A stretch of DNA of 48,062 nucleotides from positions 1 through 48,062 of IMG/VR virus record IMGVR_UViG_3300049173_000036; one strand, given 5' to 3'. Shown piece after piece: positions 9,519 through 19,029 of the stretch (within the stretch, counting starts at the first letter, position 1; each line of letters opens with the position of its first letter). The position numbers and the translations under genes are program-made. This DNA is from a virus (lineage: Duplodnaviria > Caudoviricetes). Under the pieces are notes generated by a model that ran no database searches, was not told where the DNA came from, and saw only the letters and a program-made list of their open reading frames with translations.

Positions 9519-9965
9519 GTGGCGGCGTACGCAACGGTCGAGGACTACGAGGCGCGCGCCGCCGTCACCCTCGCCGCGGGCAGCCCGAAGCGGGCGCAGG
9601 TCGCGGCGTACCTCGACGACGCGACCGCGCTCATGCAGCGTCACATTCCGACGGGCTACACGCCCGACGAGGCGACGCTGCGCGCGGTGTGCGTCGCGGT
9701 CGTCCGTAGGGTCATGGCCAATCCGGGCGGCCGCCGGCAGCGCACGATCGGGCAGTACAGCGAGACGCTCGGCGAGGACGGCGGTTTGTACCTCACCGAG
9801 GACGAAAAGGCGCAGCTACAGCCCGAGGACACGACCGACCCGGACGCCGACGCCGCGTACTCGATCGGCGTCGCCGACGAGGGGCTGCCAGGGTGGCGGC
9901 GGGATCCGTACCCGTACAGCCACTGCGACCCGACCCCCGGACTGTGGGCGGAAGGTGTGTGGTGA
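9519..9965 (+). CDS. Head-to-tail adaptor
   Basis: YATVEDYEAR, LDDATALM, RRVMANPGG..QRTIGQYS, LYLTEDE. Confidence 0.85.
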   Translation: MAAYATVEDYEARAAVTLAAGSPKRAQVAAYLDDATALMQRHIPTGYTPDEATLRAVCVAVVRRVMANPGGRRQRTIGQYSETLGEDGGLYLTEDEKAQLQPEDTTDPDADAAYSIGVADEGLPGWRRDPYPYSHCDPTPGLWAEGVW

Positions 9966-10315
9966 TCCCCGACGATCTGCTGCTGCACCTCGTCGACGTC
10001 GAGCACCCCGGTACGACGACCGACCGGTACGACAACCCGGTCGCCGACTGGTCGGCGTCGACGCACGCCGCCGTCGACGCGTGGCTGCAGCAGAACACCG
10101 GAGCCGAGGACACCGACCAGCGCGACGCGCAGATCGGCGAATGGCTCATGATCTGCAACCCATGGAAGACCGACGGCGACCCGCTCACGGTGTACGGCAA
10201 GGATCGCGTGCATTGGTCCGGGCTCGACTTCGAGGTGATCGGGCCGCCCGGTCCCGCGTACACGCCCGACGGGCTGCACCACTACGAGATCAGGCTCAAG
10301 ACAGTCGAGGGGTGA
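9962..10315 (+). CDS. Head-to-tail stopper
   Basis: DRYDNPVADW, DRV...FEVIGPP, HHYEIRLKTVEG; gene order. Confidence 0.8.
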   Translation: MIPDDLLLHLVDVEHPGTTTDRYDNPVADWSASTHAAVDAWLQQNTGAEDTDQRDAQIGEWLMICNPWKTDGDPLTVYGKDRVHWSGLDFEVIGPPGPAYTPDGLHHYEIRLKTVEG

Positions 10316-10321
10316 TCGGCC

Positions 10322-10600
10322 GTGGCAGGTTCGAGGTTCGTCCCCAACCGGCAGAACATCGCCGGGTTCTTGCGCACCCCCGAGACGCGGGCGCTGATCG
10401 AGCGCAAGCTGCGGGCCGTCGAGGCGGCCGCGAGTAGCGCCGCACGCGCCGAGGGGGCCGGCGGGCTGTTCCGGGTCGACGTCGAGACCGGCGAGCACCG
10501 CGTGCGCGGCGCCGTGATCGGCGACTACTCGACCAGCGACCCCGAGGTGTCGCGGCGTGCGCTGCTGCGCGCCCTCGACGCCGCGCGAGGGGCCGACTGA
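10322..10600 (+). CDS. Neck/tail completion protein
   Basis: Position between stopper and terminator; RALLRALDAAR ending. Confidence 0.7.
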   Translation: MAGSRFVPNRQNIAGFLRTPETRALIERKLRAVEAAASSAARAEGAGGLFRVDVETGEHRVRGAVIGDYSTSDPEVSRRALLRALDAARGAD

Positions 10601-11007
10601 TGGCGGCGCCGGTCGAGTTCCCCGACGCCGTCGACGTCGTACGCAGATACCTGCGCGAGGCGCTGCTCGCGCGCGGGCTCGACGTACCGGTGCGTACTCG
10701 CGTGCCGGATCCGCGGCCGGCGCAGTTGGTGCGGATCGAGCGGGTCGGCGGCAGCCGGCTCGACCGGATCACGGACCGGCCGCGCCTCGACTTCGAGTGC
10801 TGGGGGCCCGACGAGGGCGCCGTCGCCGACCTCGTCAAGGTCGTGCGGGCGCTCGTGTTCGCGATCCCCGGATGGCGCGGCGCCGTCGCGTACGACGTCG
10901 TCGACGTCGGCGGGCCGAACACCTCGCCCGACCCGGTGAGCGGGCAGGAACGCAGCTCGTTCGCCGTCGAGGTGTCACTGCGCGGCCGCACGCTCGCCGC
11001 CCCCTGA
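10600..11007 (+). CDS. Tail terminator
   Basis: FPDAV, VPDPRP..VRIERVGG, DRPRLDFECW, PDPVSGQER. Confidence 0.8.
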   Translation: MAAPVEFPDAVDVVRRYLREALLARGLDVPVRTRVPDPRPAQLVRIERVGGSRLDRITDRPRLDFECWGPDEGAVADLVKVVRALVFAIPGWRGAVAYDVVDVGGPNTSPDPVSGQERSSFAVEVSLRGRTLAAP

Positions 11008-11033
11008 TCGGCTCACCCGCCACCAGACATCGC

Positions 11034-11065
11034 ACCCTCGGACCGCTCGCCGGCCGGGGGTTTCT
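11034..11065 (+). terminator. Putative intrinsic terminator before the major tail gene
   Basis: Imperfect GC hairpin followed by TTTCT. Confidence 0.45.
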
Positions 11066-11079
11066 CATTGGAGGACGGC

Positions 11080-11730
11080 ATGTCAACACCGACCCCGCCC
11101 GTTCTTGAAGACGGGCTGCGCAACAACCTGATCCGCAAGCAACTGCTGCAGGTGATCTACGCGGCGGACTACTCCGCGCCGGCGATCGCGTCGCCGTTCG
11201 ACTCCGCGACGGGCGCGCTCGTCGCGCTGCCCGCGGGGTACGTGCCTGTCGGCTACACCACCGACGACGGGCTCACCTTCACGTCCGATCTGTCGATGAG
11301 CGACACGACGTCGTCGCAGTCGACCGAGCCGACCCGCTCCGACGTCGAATCCGAAGTGCTCACCGGGCAGTACGTGCCGCAGGAGACGAACGCCGCCACG
11401 GTGGCGATGTACAAGGGGCTGTCTCTGGCGGGCGCCGACGCGCTGCCCGACATCGGCGAGGCGTGGGCGATCACCCGCCCGTCGGTGCCGAAGGTGCCGT
11501 ATTACCGGCTGCTGTTCATCGGCGTCGACTATGGCGATGCGGGCGGCGAGATCTACATCGCCAAGCACTACCCGAAAGCGCGGGTCACGTCGAAGGACGA
11601 CCAGCAGTGGGCGCGCAGCTCGGAGACGCAGTGGCCGGTCACCGTGCAGGCGTACCGCGACCCGGTGCTCAAGACGGCCGAGAAGGAATGGGTCGACGGG
11701 CCCGGATGGCGCGCACTCGCCACCCCGTAA
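11080..11730 (+). CDS. Major tail protein
   Basis: ATG after GGAGG; LPAGYVPVGYTTDDGLTF, YPKARVTS, VTVQAYRD. Confidence 0.9.
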   Translation: MSTPTPPVLEDGLRNNLIRKQLLQVIYAADYSAPAIASPFDSATGALVALPAGYVPVGYTTDDGLTFTSDLSMSDTTSSQSTEPTRSDVESEVLTGQYVPQETNAATVAMYKGLSLAGADALPDIGEAWAITRPSVPKVPYYRLLFIGVDYGDAGGEIYIAKHYPKARVTSKDDQQWARSSETQWPVTVQAYRDPVLKTAEKEWVDGPGWRALATP

Positions 11731-11742
11731 CACCCCACAAGC

Positions 11743-11804
11743 GGGCGAGGGACGGCGGTTCTGGGTGAGCCCCGACCGTCCCTCGCCCTTTCGCATGCTC
11801 ACCC
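11743..11804 (+). promoter_or_regulatory. Predicted H-type RNA pseudoknot before the tail chaperone gene
   Basis: 13-bp stem 11743-11755/11776-11788; loop GGGTGAGC (11763-11770) is complementary to GCTCACCC (11797-11804). Confidence 0.55.
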
Positions 11805-11834
11805 GCTGCTCGCCCGAGAAAGAGAGACCCGATC

Positions 11835-12167
11835 ATGAGCAAGCCCAACGGCAAGCGGTACCGCCTCGAATCGGTGCGCCGCTCGTACTCCGACGCGGTC
11901 GGCGGCGAGCGCGTCGAGTTCGAGGTCGGGCCCGAGGACGCCCCGCAGGTGTTCAGCTTCCCGCACCCGATCTTTACGCCCGACGAGATGCAGGAACAGC
12001 TCAACGAGGCCAAGGGCGACCAGGCCGGCGCCCGAATCCTGCTCGGCGACCAGTTCGACGAGTTCATCGCGGCGGGCGGAGACGTCAACAGTGTGATGCT
12101 GCTGTACGTCGGCGTCCGCAACGAGGCGCAGGACAAGGTCAGCAAGGTGCGCCCTACGAAGGGGTAG
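11835..12167 (+). CDS. Tail assembly chaperone (gpG-like)
   Basis: Between major tail and tape measure; 110 aa; ARILLGDQFDEF. Confidence 0.85.
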   Translation: MSKPNGKRYRLESVRRSYSDAVGGERVEFEVGPEDAPQVFSFPHPIFTPDEMQEQLNEAKGDQAGARILLGDQFDEFIAAGGDVNSVMLLYVGVRNEAQDKVSKVRPTKG

Positions 12168-12631
12168 GCGACGGCGACGACGTCGTCGAGACCTACACGT
12201 ATGACGTGCTCGACGTCCTCGGCGAGCACCCCGAGGCGGTCGAGGCCGACCTGATCGCCCGATACCCCGGTTACGGCCGGGGCGGGCCGCTCGCCGCGTA
12301 CTGGCGCGGCGAAATCTCGCTGCGGCTGCTGCGCGTCCTGGTCGAGAACCTGCCGCCCGACAGCGCAACGACCCGCGCCATCAACGGGCACGCGTGGCAG
12401 GCGCTCGACTACGCGGCCGCCGACAGCAGAGATCTGCTCGCGCTGCTGTTCACCGCGTTCGTCAACGCCAACCGCGACCCGGACAAGCCCGCCATGCCGT
12501 GGCCCGAGCCGGGATGGCGGCCGGGCGATCCGCTGCCCGAGGACCGCGAGGCCAAAGCCAAGCAGGACCGGGCGCAAGCGCGCGCCGCGTACGAGCGCAT
12601 CAACTCGCAGGTGCTGCCCGGAAAGGGGTGA
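12164..12631 (+). CDS. Tail assembly chaperone extension (gpGT-like), probably by -1 frameshift; start approximate
   Basis: The -1 frame is open across the gpG stop; AVEADL..., LRLLRVLVENLPPDSAT motif; no clear SD. Confidence 0.75.
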   Translation, partial: VGDGDDVVETYTYDVLDVLGEHPEAVEADLIARYPGYGRGGPLAAYWRGEISLRLLRVLVENLPPDSATTRAINGHAWQALDYAAADSRDLLALLFTAFVNANRDPDKPAMPWPEPGWRPGDPLPEDREAKAKQDRAQARAAYERINSQVLPGKG

Positions 12632-12637
12632 TCTCGC

Positions 12638-15600
12638 ATGCCGGTCGAGGTCGGCGTCGGGTACGTGTCCGTCGTTCCCGAGGCACGCGGGTTCGGCCGA
12701 CTGCTCAATCAGCAGATCAGCGGCGAGTCGGCGCGGGTCGGCACGAGCGCCGGGCAGGATGCCGGCGACGGGTTCCTCGGCGGGCTCGGCGGAAAGCTGA
12801 AGGCGGGTGTCGCCGGCGTCGCGGTCGCCGGCGGCGCCCTGTTCGCTGCCGGGTTCGCCGAGGCGGTCGAGCAGGACAAGGCAACGGCCAAACTCGGCGC
12901 ATCGCTCGGGCTCAGCGAGAAGGACACGGCCCGCGCCGGAAAGATCGCGGGCTCGATCTACGCCAAGGGGTACGGCGAGTCGATCGATCAGGTCGACGCG
13001 TCACTCAAGGCGCTGCAGCAGAACGGCGTCGCCGCGCTTCGCGCCCCGAAGAAGGAACTCGCCGGGCTGTCGTCGGCGGCGCTCAACCTTGCCGAGGTGT
13101 TCGACGCCGACGTCGGCGAGTCGACGAAAGCGGCCGGGCAGCTCATCAGGACCGGGCTGGCCAAGAACGGCAAAGAGGCTTTCGACCTGTTGACGGCCGG
13201 TTTCCAGTCGGGCGCCGACAAGGCCGGCGACTTGATCGACACGGTCAACGAGTACTCGACGCAGTGGCGTAAGGCCGGGCTGTCGGGTGCGACCGCGATC
13301 GGTCTGATCAATCAGGGTCTGCAGGCGGGCGCCCGCGACGGCGACCTCGTCGCGGACTCGATCAAAGAGTTCTCGATCCGGGCTGTCGACGGCAGCAAGA
13401 CAACGGCGACCGGATTCAAGGCGCTCGGGCTCGACGCCGACGACATGGCGAGCAAGTTCGCCAAGGGCGGCAAGGCAGCGAACGGCGTTTTGCAGCTCAC
13501 CCTCGACCGGCTGCGCGGCATCAAAGACCCGGTCAAGCAGGCTCAGGCTGCGGTCGCACTTTTTGGAACTCAGAGCGAGGATCTTGGGCAGGCGTTGTAC
13601 GCCCTCGACCCTACGACCGCAGCGAAGGGGCTCGGCAAGGTTGGCGGCGCGGCCGGCAAGATGGGCAAGACGCTGCACAACACCGCCTCGAACGACATCG
13701 AGGTGTTCAAGCGGCAGGCGCTGCAGGGACTCGCCAACTTCGCGAGCAAGTACGCGCTGCCCGCGCTGCGCGACTTCGGCTCGTTCCTGACCACGTACGT
13801 ACTGCCGCCCGCACAGACCGTCGGCGGCGCGCTGCTCGACTACCTCGTGCCCGCTGTGAAGGGCGTCGGCGACGCGTTCGCCGGCGGGCTGCAGTGGGTG
13901 CAGCAGTACGGGGCGTGGCTGCTGCCGCTCGGCGTCGCGATCGGCGGTATCGCCGTCGTGGCGGGCGCCTCGGCTATCGGCACATGGGCGATGACTGCCG
14001 CGTTCACGGTGTACCGCGGCGTGATCCTCGCGACGACTGCCGTCACCCGCGGGTGGGCGATCGCGCAGGGCGTGCTCAACGCCGTGATGAGCGCGAACCC
14101 GATCGGTTTGATCATCGTCGGGATTCTCGCCCTCGGGACGGCGCTCGTCGTCGCGTACAAGAAGAGCGAGACGTTCCGGGCGATCGTGCAAGGCGCGTGG
14201 GCCGGTATCCAGGCGGCCGCGATGACCGCGTGGGTCGGGTTCATCAAGCCTGCGCTGTCGGGCATTTGGGCGGCGCTGCAGGCGGTCGGCACGGCCGCTA
14301 CGTGGCTGTGGTCGAGCGTGCTGTCGCCCGTGTTCTCGGCGATCGCCCTCGCCGCGAAAGTGCTGTTTACGGTCGTCGCGGTACTCGTGATCGCCCCGAT
14401 GGTGATCGCGTTCAGGGCACTCGGCGCGGTCGGCTCGTGGCTGTGGGCAAACGCCCTGCAGCCTGCGTTCAGCGCGATCGGCGCGGGCGCAATGTGGCTG
14501 TGGAACAACGCGGTCGCGCCCGCCGTGCATGGGATCGTCGCGCTGTTCTCGTGGTGGTGGTCGAGCGTCAGTGTGTCGTTCGGGTACTTCAAGGCTGGAG
14601 TGCGGGCGCTCGGCGCCGTCGGTATGTGGCTGTGGCGCAACGCCCTGCAGCCCGCGTTCTCTGGGATCGTCTCGATCGCCGGGCTGCTGTGGACCGGCGT
14701 CAAGATCAGTTTCGGGTACTTCAAGGCCGGCATGCAGGCGCTCGGCGCTGCCGGCTCGTGGCTGTACCGGACGGCGATCAAACCGGCGTTCGACGGGATC
14801 GGCGCGGCCGCCTCGTGGCTGTGGACCAAGGCACTAAAGCCGCAGTTCGACGCCGTGAAGACCGGGGTCAAGCTGGTCGGTAACGCGTTCGGCACGGCGA
14901 GAGATGCGATCGGCAAGGCGTTCGGCCAGATCCAAGAGATCACGAAGAAGCCGGTCAACTTCGTGATTCAGTCGGTGTACTCGAATGGGATCAAAAAGGT
15001 CTGGGACGGCGTGGCCGGGTTCGTCGGGTTGGGCAAGCTGCCCGCCGCGCCGAAGCTGCTCGCCGACGGCGGCCGCACGCGCGGCGGCGTGCCCGGTAAG
15101 GACTCGATCCCGGCGCTCATGATGGCCGATGAGTTCGTCGTCAAGCGATCGTCCGCCCGGAAGATCGGGTTCGGAACGCTGAACTACATCAACCAGTACG
15201 GCGAGCTGCCCGTGCAGCGGTTCGCCGACGGCGGCGTCGTCGGCGACGTCGCGGGGTGGCTCGGCGACAAGGCAAAGAAGATCGGCGGCGCCGTGATGGA
15301 CGGCGTCGACTTCCTCGCCAACCCCGGCAAGCTGTGGGACAAGGCGACCGGGTTCATCCGCGACAAGATCGCGCAGGTCGGGCAGAACAAGTTCGCGCAG
15401 ATGATCGGGAAAGTGCCGGTCAAGATGCTGTCGAGCCTGAAAGACAAGGTCGTCAACGCCGCGACGAGCATGTTCGGCGGCTCGTCGGGAGACATCGGCG
15501 GCTCGGGCGTCAAGCGGTGGTCGTCGGTCGTACTGCAGGCACTCAAGTTGGTCGGGCAGCCGGCGAGTCTGCTGCCGACCGTGCTGCGCAGGATGAACCA

Positions 15601-16981
15601 GGAGAGCGGCGGCAACCCGCGCGCGATCAACAACTGGGACGTCAACGCGAAGAACGGCGACCCGAGTCGCGGACTCATGCAGACGATCGGCGCGACGTTC
15701 AATGCGTACGCCGGAAAGCTGCGCGGCCGCGGCATCTATGACCCTCTCGCCAACGTCTACGCGAGCATGCGCTACGCACTCGCGAGGTACGGCTCGCTCG
15801 CCGCGGCGTACAACCGCCCCGGCGGGTATGCCAAGGGCGGCCGGCCCAAGCGGGGCGAGCTGGCGTGGGTCGGCGAGCAGGGGCCGGAACTCGTCCGTTT
15901 CGGGTCCGGCGACACGGAGGTGTTCGACCACCGCACATCGCTCGGCATGGCGGCCGGGCTCGGGGCGCTGCGCGGGTTCGCAAAGGGCACGAGCACCGCG
16001 AAGAAAGCGCGCAAAGAAGTGCCCGGCGACCTGACGGCGTTCACCAAGAGTCTCACCGGCTCGGCGAGCACGATCGCGGCGGCGTCCAAGAGCCTCGCCG
16101 ACGACCTGCGCAAGACCGGCAAGGCGGGCCGCGGGCTCGCCGCTCAAGTCGGCAAGACGTCGGGCAAGTTGCAGCTACTCGCGAAGCAGCGCGACAAGGT
16201 CGCCTCGAAGATCGCCACCGCGAAGCAGGCGGCGGCCGACCAGAAGAAGAGCGCGAGCGACTATCTGTCGCTGTCGAACCTGACCGACGTCACCAGCGTC
16301 GGCGGACTGATCTCGGGCATGCAGTCGCGGCAGCAGTCGCTCAAGTCGTTCGAGTCGCTGATCGCGACGGCTCAGAAGAAGGGAGTCTCACAGTCCGTCA
16401 TTCAGCAGCTCATCGCGGACGGCCCCGACGGCGATCTCGCACGGCTCGTCTCGGGTGCCACGGCGGGCGACATTAAGAAGATCAACAGTCTCGCCGCGAG
16501 CGGCGCCAAGTTGTCGACGTCGTACGGCAACTACATGGCGGACGCGATGTACGACAGCGGCGTCGCGGCCGGTAAGGGGTTCCTGACTGGTCTGCAGGCG
16601 CAAGAGGCAGCGCTGCAAAAGCAGATGACCAAGCTCGGCGACGTGCTCGTCGACTCGATCGAGAAGCGGCTCGACATTCACTCGCCGAGCCGCGAGACCG
16701 AACGGATCGGCGAGCTGCTCGGCGCCGGCGTCGTCGTCGGTACCGACAAGTCGCTCGCCGCCGTCCGGGCGGGCGCGGCTCGTCTCGGTTCGGCTGGGAT
16801 CCCGCCCGTCGTGCCGAATGCGGCAGTCGCCGCGCAGGCGCAGGCGGCCGGGCTGCGGGCGGGCGACACGGTCGTGCTCAAGGTCGGCGAGCGCGAGATC
16901 GTCGCCGTCCTCGACGAGCGGGTCGACGCCGGTCTCTCCGATGTACGCAAGCGCTCGCGCGCCGGATCGAAGAAGGGGTAA
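12638..16981 (+). CDS. Tape measure protein with lytic transglycosylase domain
   Basis: 1447 aa, Ala/Gly-rich with W/F-periodic repeats; DLIDTVNEYSTQW; RMNQESGGNPRAINNWD...GLMQ SLT motif; VGEQGPEL. Confidence 0.95.
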   Translation: MPVEVGVGYVSVVPEARGFGRLLNQQISGESARVGTSAGQDAGDGFLGGLGGKLKAGVAGVAVAGGALFAAGFAEAVEQDKATAKLGASLGLSEKDTARAGKIAGSIYAKGYGESIDQVDASLKALQQNGVAALRAPKKELAGLSSAALNLAEVFDADVGESTKAAGQLIRTGLAKNGKEAFDLLTAGFQSGADKAGDLIDTVNEYSTQWRKAGLSGATAIGLINQGLQAGARDGDLVADSIKEFSIRAVDGSKTTATGFKALGLDADDMASKFAKGGKAANGVLQLTLDRLRGIKDPVKQAQAAVALFGTQSEDLGQALYALDPTTAAKGLGKVGGAAGKMGKTLHNTASNDIEVFKRQALQGLANFASKYALPALRDFGSFLTTYVLPPAQTVGGALLDYLVPAVKGVGDAFAGGLQWVQQYGAWLLPLGVAIGGIAVVAGASAIGTWAMTAAFTVYRGVILATTAVTRGWAIAQGVLNAVMSANPIGLIIVGILALGTALVVAYKKSETFRAIVQGAWAGIQAAAMTAWVGFIKPALSGIWAALQAVGTAATWLWSSVLSPVFSAIALAAKVLFTVVAVLVIAPMVIAFRALGAVGSWLWANALQPAFSAIGAGAMWLWNNAVAPAVHGIVALFSWWWSSVSVSFGYFKAGVRALGAVGMWLWRNALQPAFSGIVSIAGLLWTGVKISFGYFKAGMQALGAAGSWLYRTAIKPAFDGIGAAASWLWTKALKPQFDAVKTGVKLVGNAFGTARDAIGKAFGQIQEITKKPVNFVIQSVYSNGIKKVWDGVAGFVGLGKLPAAPKLLADGGRTRGGVPGKDSIPALMMADEFVVKRSSARKIGFGTLNYINQYGELPVQRFADGGVVGDVAGWLGDKAKKIGGAVMDGVDFLANPGKLWDKATGFIRDKIAQVGQNKFAQMIGKVPVKMLSSLKDKVVNAATSMFGGSSGDIGGSGVKRWSSVVLQALKLVGQPASLLPTVLRRMNQESGGNPRAINNWDVNAKNGDPSRGLMQTIGATFNAYAGKLRGRGIYDPLANVYASMRYALARYGSLAAAYNRPGGYAKGGRPKRGELAWVGEQGPELVRFGSGDTEVFDHRTSLGMAAGLGALRGFAKGTSTAKKARKEVPGDLTAFTKSLTGSASTIAAASKSLADDLRKTGKAGRGLAAQVGKTSGKLQLLAKQRDKVASKIATAKQAAADQKKSASDYLSLSNLTDVTSVGGLISGMQSRQQSLKSFESLIATAQKKGVSQSVIQQLIADGPDGDLARLVSGATAGDIKKINSLAASGAKLSTSYGNYMADAMYDSGVAAGKGFLTGLQAQEAALQKQMTKLGDVLVDSIEKRLDIHSPSRETERIGELLGAGVVVGTDKSLAAVRAGAARLGSAGIPPVVPNAAVAAQAQAAGLRAGDTVVLKVGEREIVAVLDERVDAGLSDVRKRSRAGSKKG

Positions 16982-16985
16982 CCGC

Positions 16986-17876
16986 ATGCCGATGATCGTG
17001 GACCCGGCGGCGCCGCAGATCACGCCGCCGGATCGCATCACCTCGCCCGACGGATGGTTCGCGGCGATCGTCGACCCGCTGTGGGCGGGCGTCGTGCTGT
17101 CGGTGGACTACACCGCCGGAACCGCGCTGCCCGGTGCGGGCGACGTCATGCGGACACGGATCGTCCGGCAGGTATCGGCGGGCGCCGAGCCGGTCGCCGT
17201 GCGCAGCGGCGACACGGCGTGGGCAGTCGAGGGCGTCGGGACGGCGTACGACCACGAATCGCCCCTCGGGGTCGGCGTCGTCTACACCGCGACGCCGATC
17301 TATGCGGACGGCAGCACGGGCCCGTCGTCGAACCTCGCAGTGACCGTGCCCGCGCCCGAGCCGGGCGAGGACCGCGACCTGTGGATCAAGTCGCTCGACG
17401 AGCCGGGCCTGTCCATGCGTGCGATGGTCGTCGACTGGTCGGGCCCGACCTCGGCCGCCCGGCAGGACACGGCCGACGTCGCCGGCTCGCCGTACGTCGC
17501 GGTCGCCTACGACGAGCACGCCGCCGAGGCGGTGCAGGTCGTCGTCGACGTGCCGCCCGAGGACGTCGACCGCATGCGCGAGCTGCTGCGCTCGGGCGTG
17601 CTGCTCGCGCAGGCACGGCCTGGCTACTTGTTCCCCGACGCGTTCCACGTGCCCGCGGACATCACCGGTCCGACGCCGACCGGCAAACTCGGCTCATCCG
17701 AGGGTTACCGGTTCGGGTGGACGATCGAGCCGGTCGCCCGCCCCGACACCGCCGAGCAGCCGATGCGGCTGCCGTCCTGGTCGTGGGACAAGGTGGCCGA
17801 GCAGTTCGCGACATGGGATGCGGTCGCCGCTTCCTACCCGTCGTGGGCGTCGCTGTCGACGAACGGGGTCACCTGA
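16986..17876 (+). CDS. Minor tail protein (distal-tail-like)
   Basis: First gene after TMP; DHESPLGV..Y, LWIKS, W-spaced C-terminus. Confidence 0.75.
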   Translation: MPMIVDPAAPQITPPDRITSPDGWFAAIVDPLWAGVVLSVDYTAGTALPGAGDVMRTRIVRQVSAGAEPVAVRSGDTAWAVEGVGTAYDHESPLGVGVVYTATPIYADGSTGPSSNLAVTVPAPEPGEDRDLWIKSLDEPGLSMRAMVVDWSGPTSAARQDTADVAGSPYVAVAYDEHAAEAVQVVVDVPPEDVDRMRELLRSGVLLAQARPGYLFPDAFHVPADITGPTPTGKLGSSEGYRFGWTIEPVARPDTAEQPMRLPSWSWDKVAEQFATWDAVAASYPSWASLSTNGVT

Positions 17877-17877
17877 C

Positions 17878-19029
17878 ATGCTTCCCGTTCCCGACGCGGT
17901 GCACCGCGCCGTGCTCGGGCCGGCACGGCGACCCAAGCGGGCCGAGTGGTCGAACGACGGCGGGCAGACGTGGGTACCGGCGAAGGTCGGCGACAGCGAG
18001 GTGCGCGGCGACCGCAACGCAGAATGCCGGTACTCGGCGAGCTGCGATCTGCTCGGCGTACCGCTCGGCCGCAGCGGCGTGAACTCGATCTCGACCATGG
18101 TGAGGCTGTATCAGGGCATCGCCGGCCCGCGTATGGATGTGGCATGGATCCCGGCGGGCGTGTACGTCCTCGACGACGTCGAGCGCACGCGCCTCGGCGC
18201 CTCGGTCGAGCTGCTCGGGCTCGAAGAACCGATACGCAGTGCCAAGTTCCCGACGGCGCGCACGATCGGCCCGGACAACGCGGGCGCCCTGGTCGACCCA
18301 CTCGTCGGCGAGGCACTGCCCGGCCGAGTCGTGTCATGGCGGCCGGGCGCCAACCCGTCAACGGCCGTGCCGCAGATCGTCGTCGACGAGGACCGGTGGC
18401 AGGCGCTCAGCAACGGCACCGACAGCAGCGGCGCGGCGACCGGCATCGCGGCGGCGCTCGGCGGCGAGTTCTACGTCGACGCCCGCGGCGTGCCAACGAT
18501 GGCGCCGACCCCGACGCTCGACGCCCCGGTCGTATGGCGGATCCCTTACGGCGTCGCCCTGGTCACGCCGTCCGAGCGGCAATCGGCCGAGGGCCTCGTC
18601 AATCTGTGGGTGATCTCGGGCGACGGCGGCGACGGCAGCGCCACCGTAGGCCCTGTGTTCGTGTGGGACGACGACCCGTCGAGCCTGACGTACGCCGGAC
18701 CGGATCCGGTGAACGACCCGCTCGCGCCGCAGCGGCTCGGGCTGTCGTGGGTGCGGCTGCGCGTCGAGCGCTACGCGTCGCCGCTGATCACCTCAGACGC
18801 GCAGGCGTACACCGTCGGCAACGCGAAGTTGGCCGACAGCCTCGGCGTACAGGCGACGCTCAGCTTCACGAGCGTGTGTCACCCCGGACTCGAACCCGGC
18901 GACGTCGTCGAGGTCGAGGTGCGGCCGGGCGAGTGGCAGCGCCACATCATCGACAGCCTGTCGTACAGCCTCGGCGGCGTCTCGATGAGCTGCACGACCA
19001 GAACGACCGCACGGAGGCTGACAGCGTGA
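17878..19029 (+). CDS. Minor tail/baseplate hub protein (DUF5047-like)
   Basis: WIPAGVYVL, DEDRWQAL, YASPLITS, HPGLEPGDVVEV. Confidence 0.8.
   Translation: MLPVPDAVHRAVLGPARRPKRAEWSNDGGQTWVPAKVGDSEVRGDRNAECRYSASCDLLGVPLGRSGVNSISTMVRLYQGIAGPRMDVAWIPAGVYVLDDVERTRLGASVELLGLEEPIRSAKFPTARTIGPDNAGALVDPLVGEALPGRVVSWRPGANPSTAVPQIVVDEDRWQALSNGTDSSGAATGIAAALGGEFYVDARGVPTMAPTPTLDAPVVWRIPYGVALVTPSERQSAEGLVNLWVISGDGGDGSATVGPVFVWDDDPSSLTYAGPDPVNDPLAPQRLGLSWVRLRVERYASPLITSDAQAYTVGNAKLADSLGVQATLSFTSVCHPGLEPGDVVEVEVRPGEWQRHIIDSLSYSLGGVSMSCTTRTTARRLTA

Noticed and set aside
14230-14850. Imperfect direct repeats in the tape measure gene
   Set aside because: Ordinary Trp/Phe-periodic tape measure repeats.
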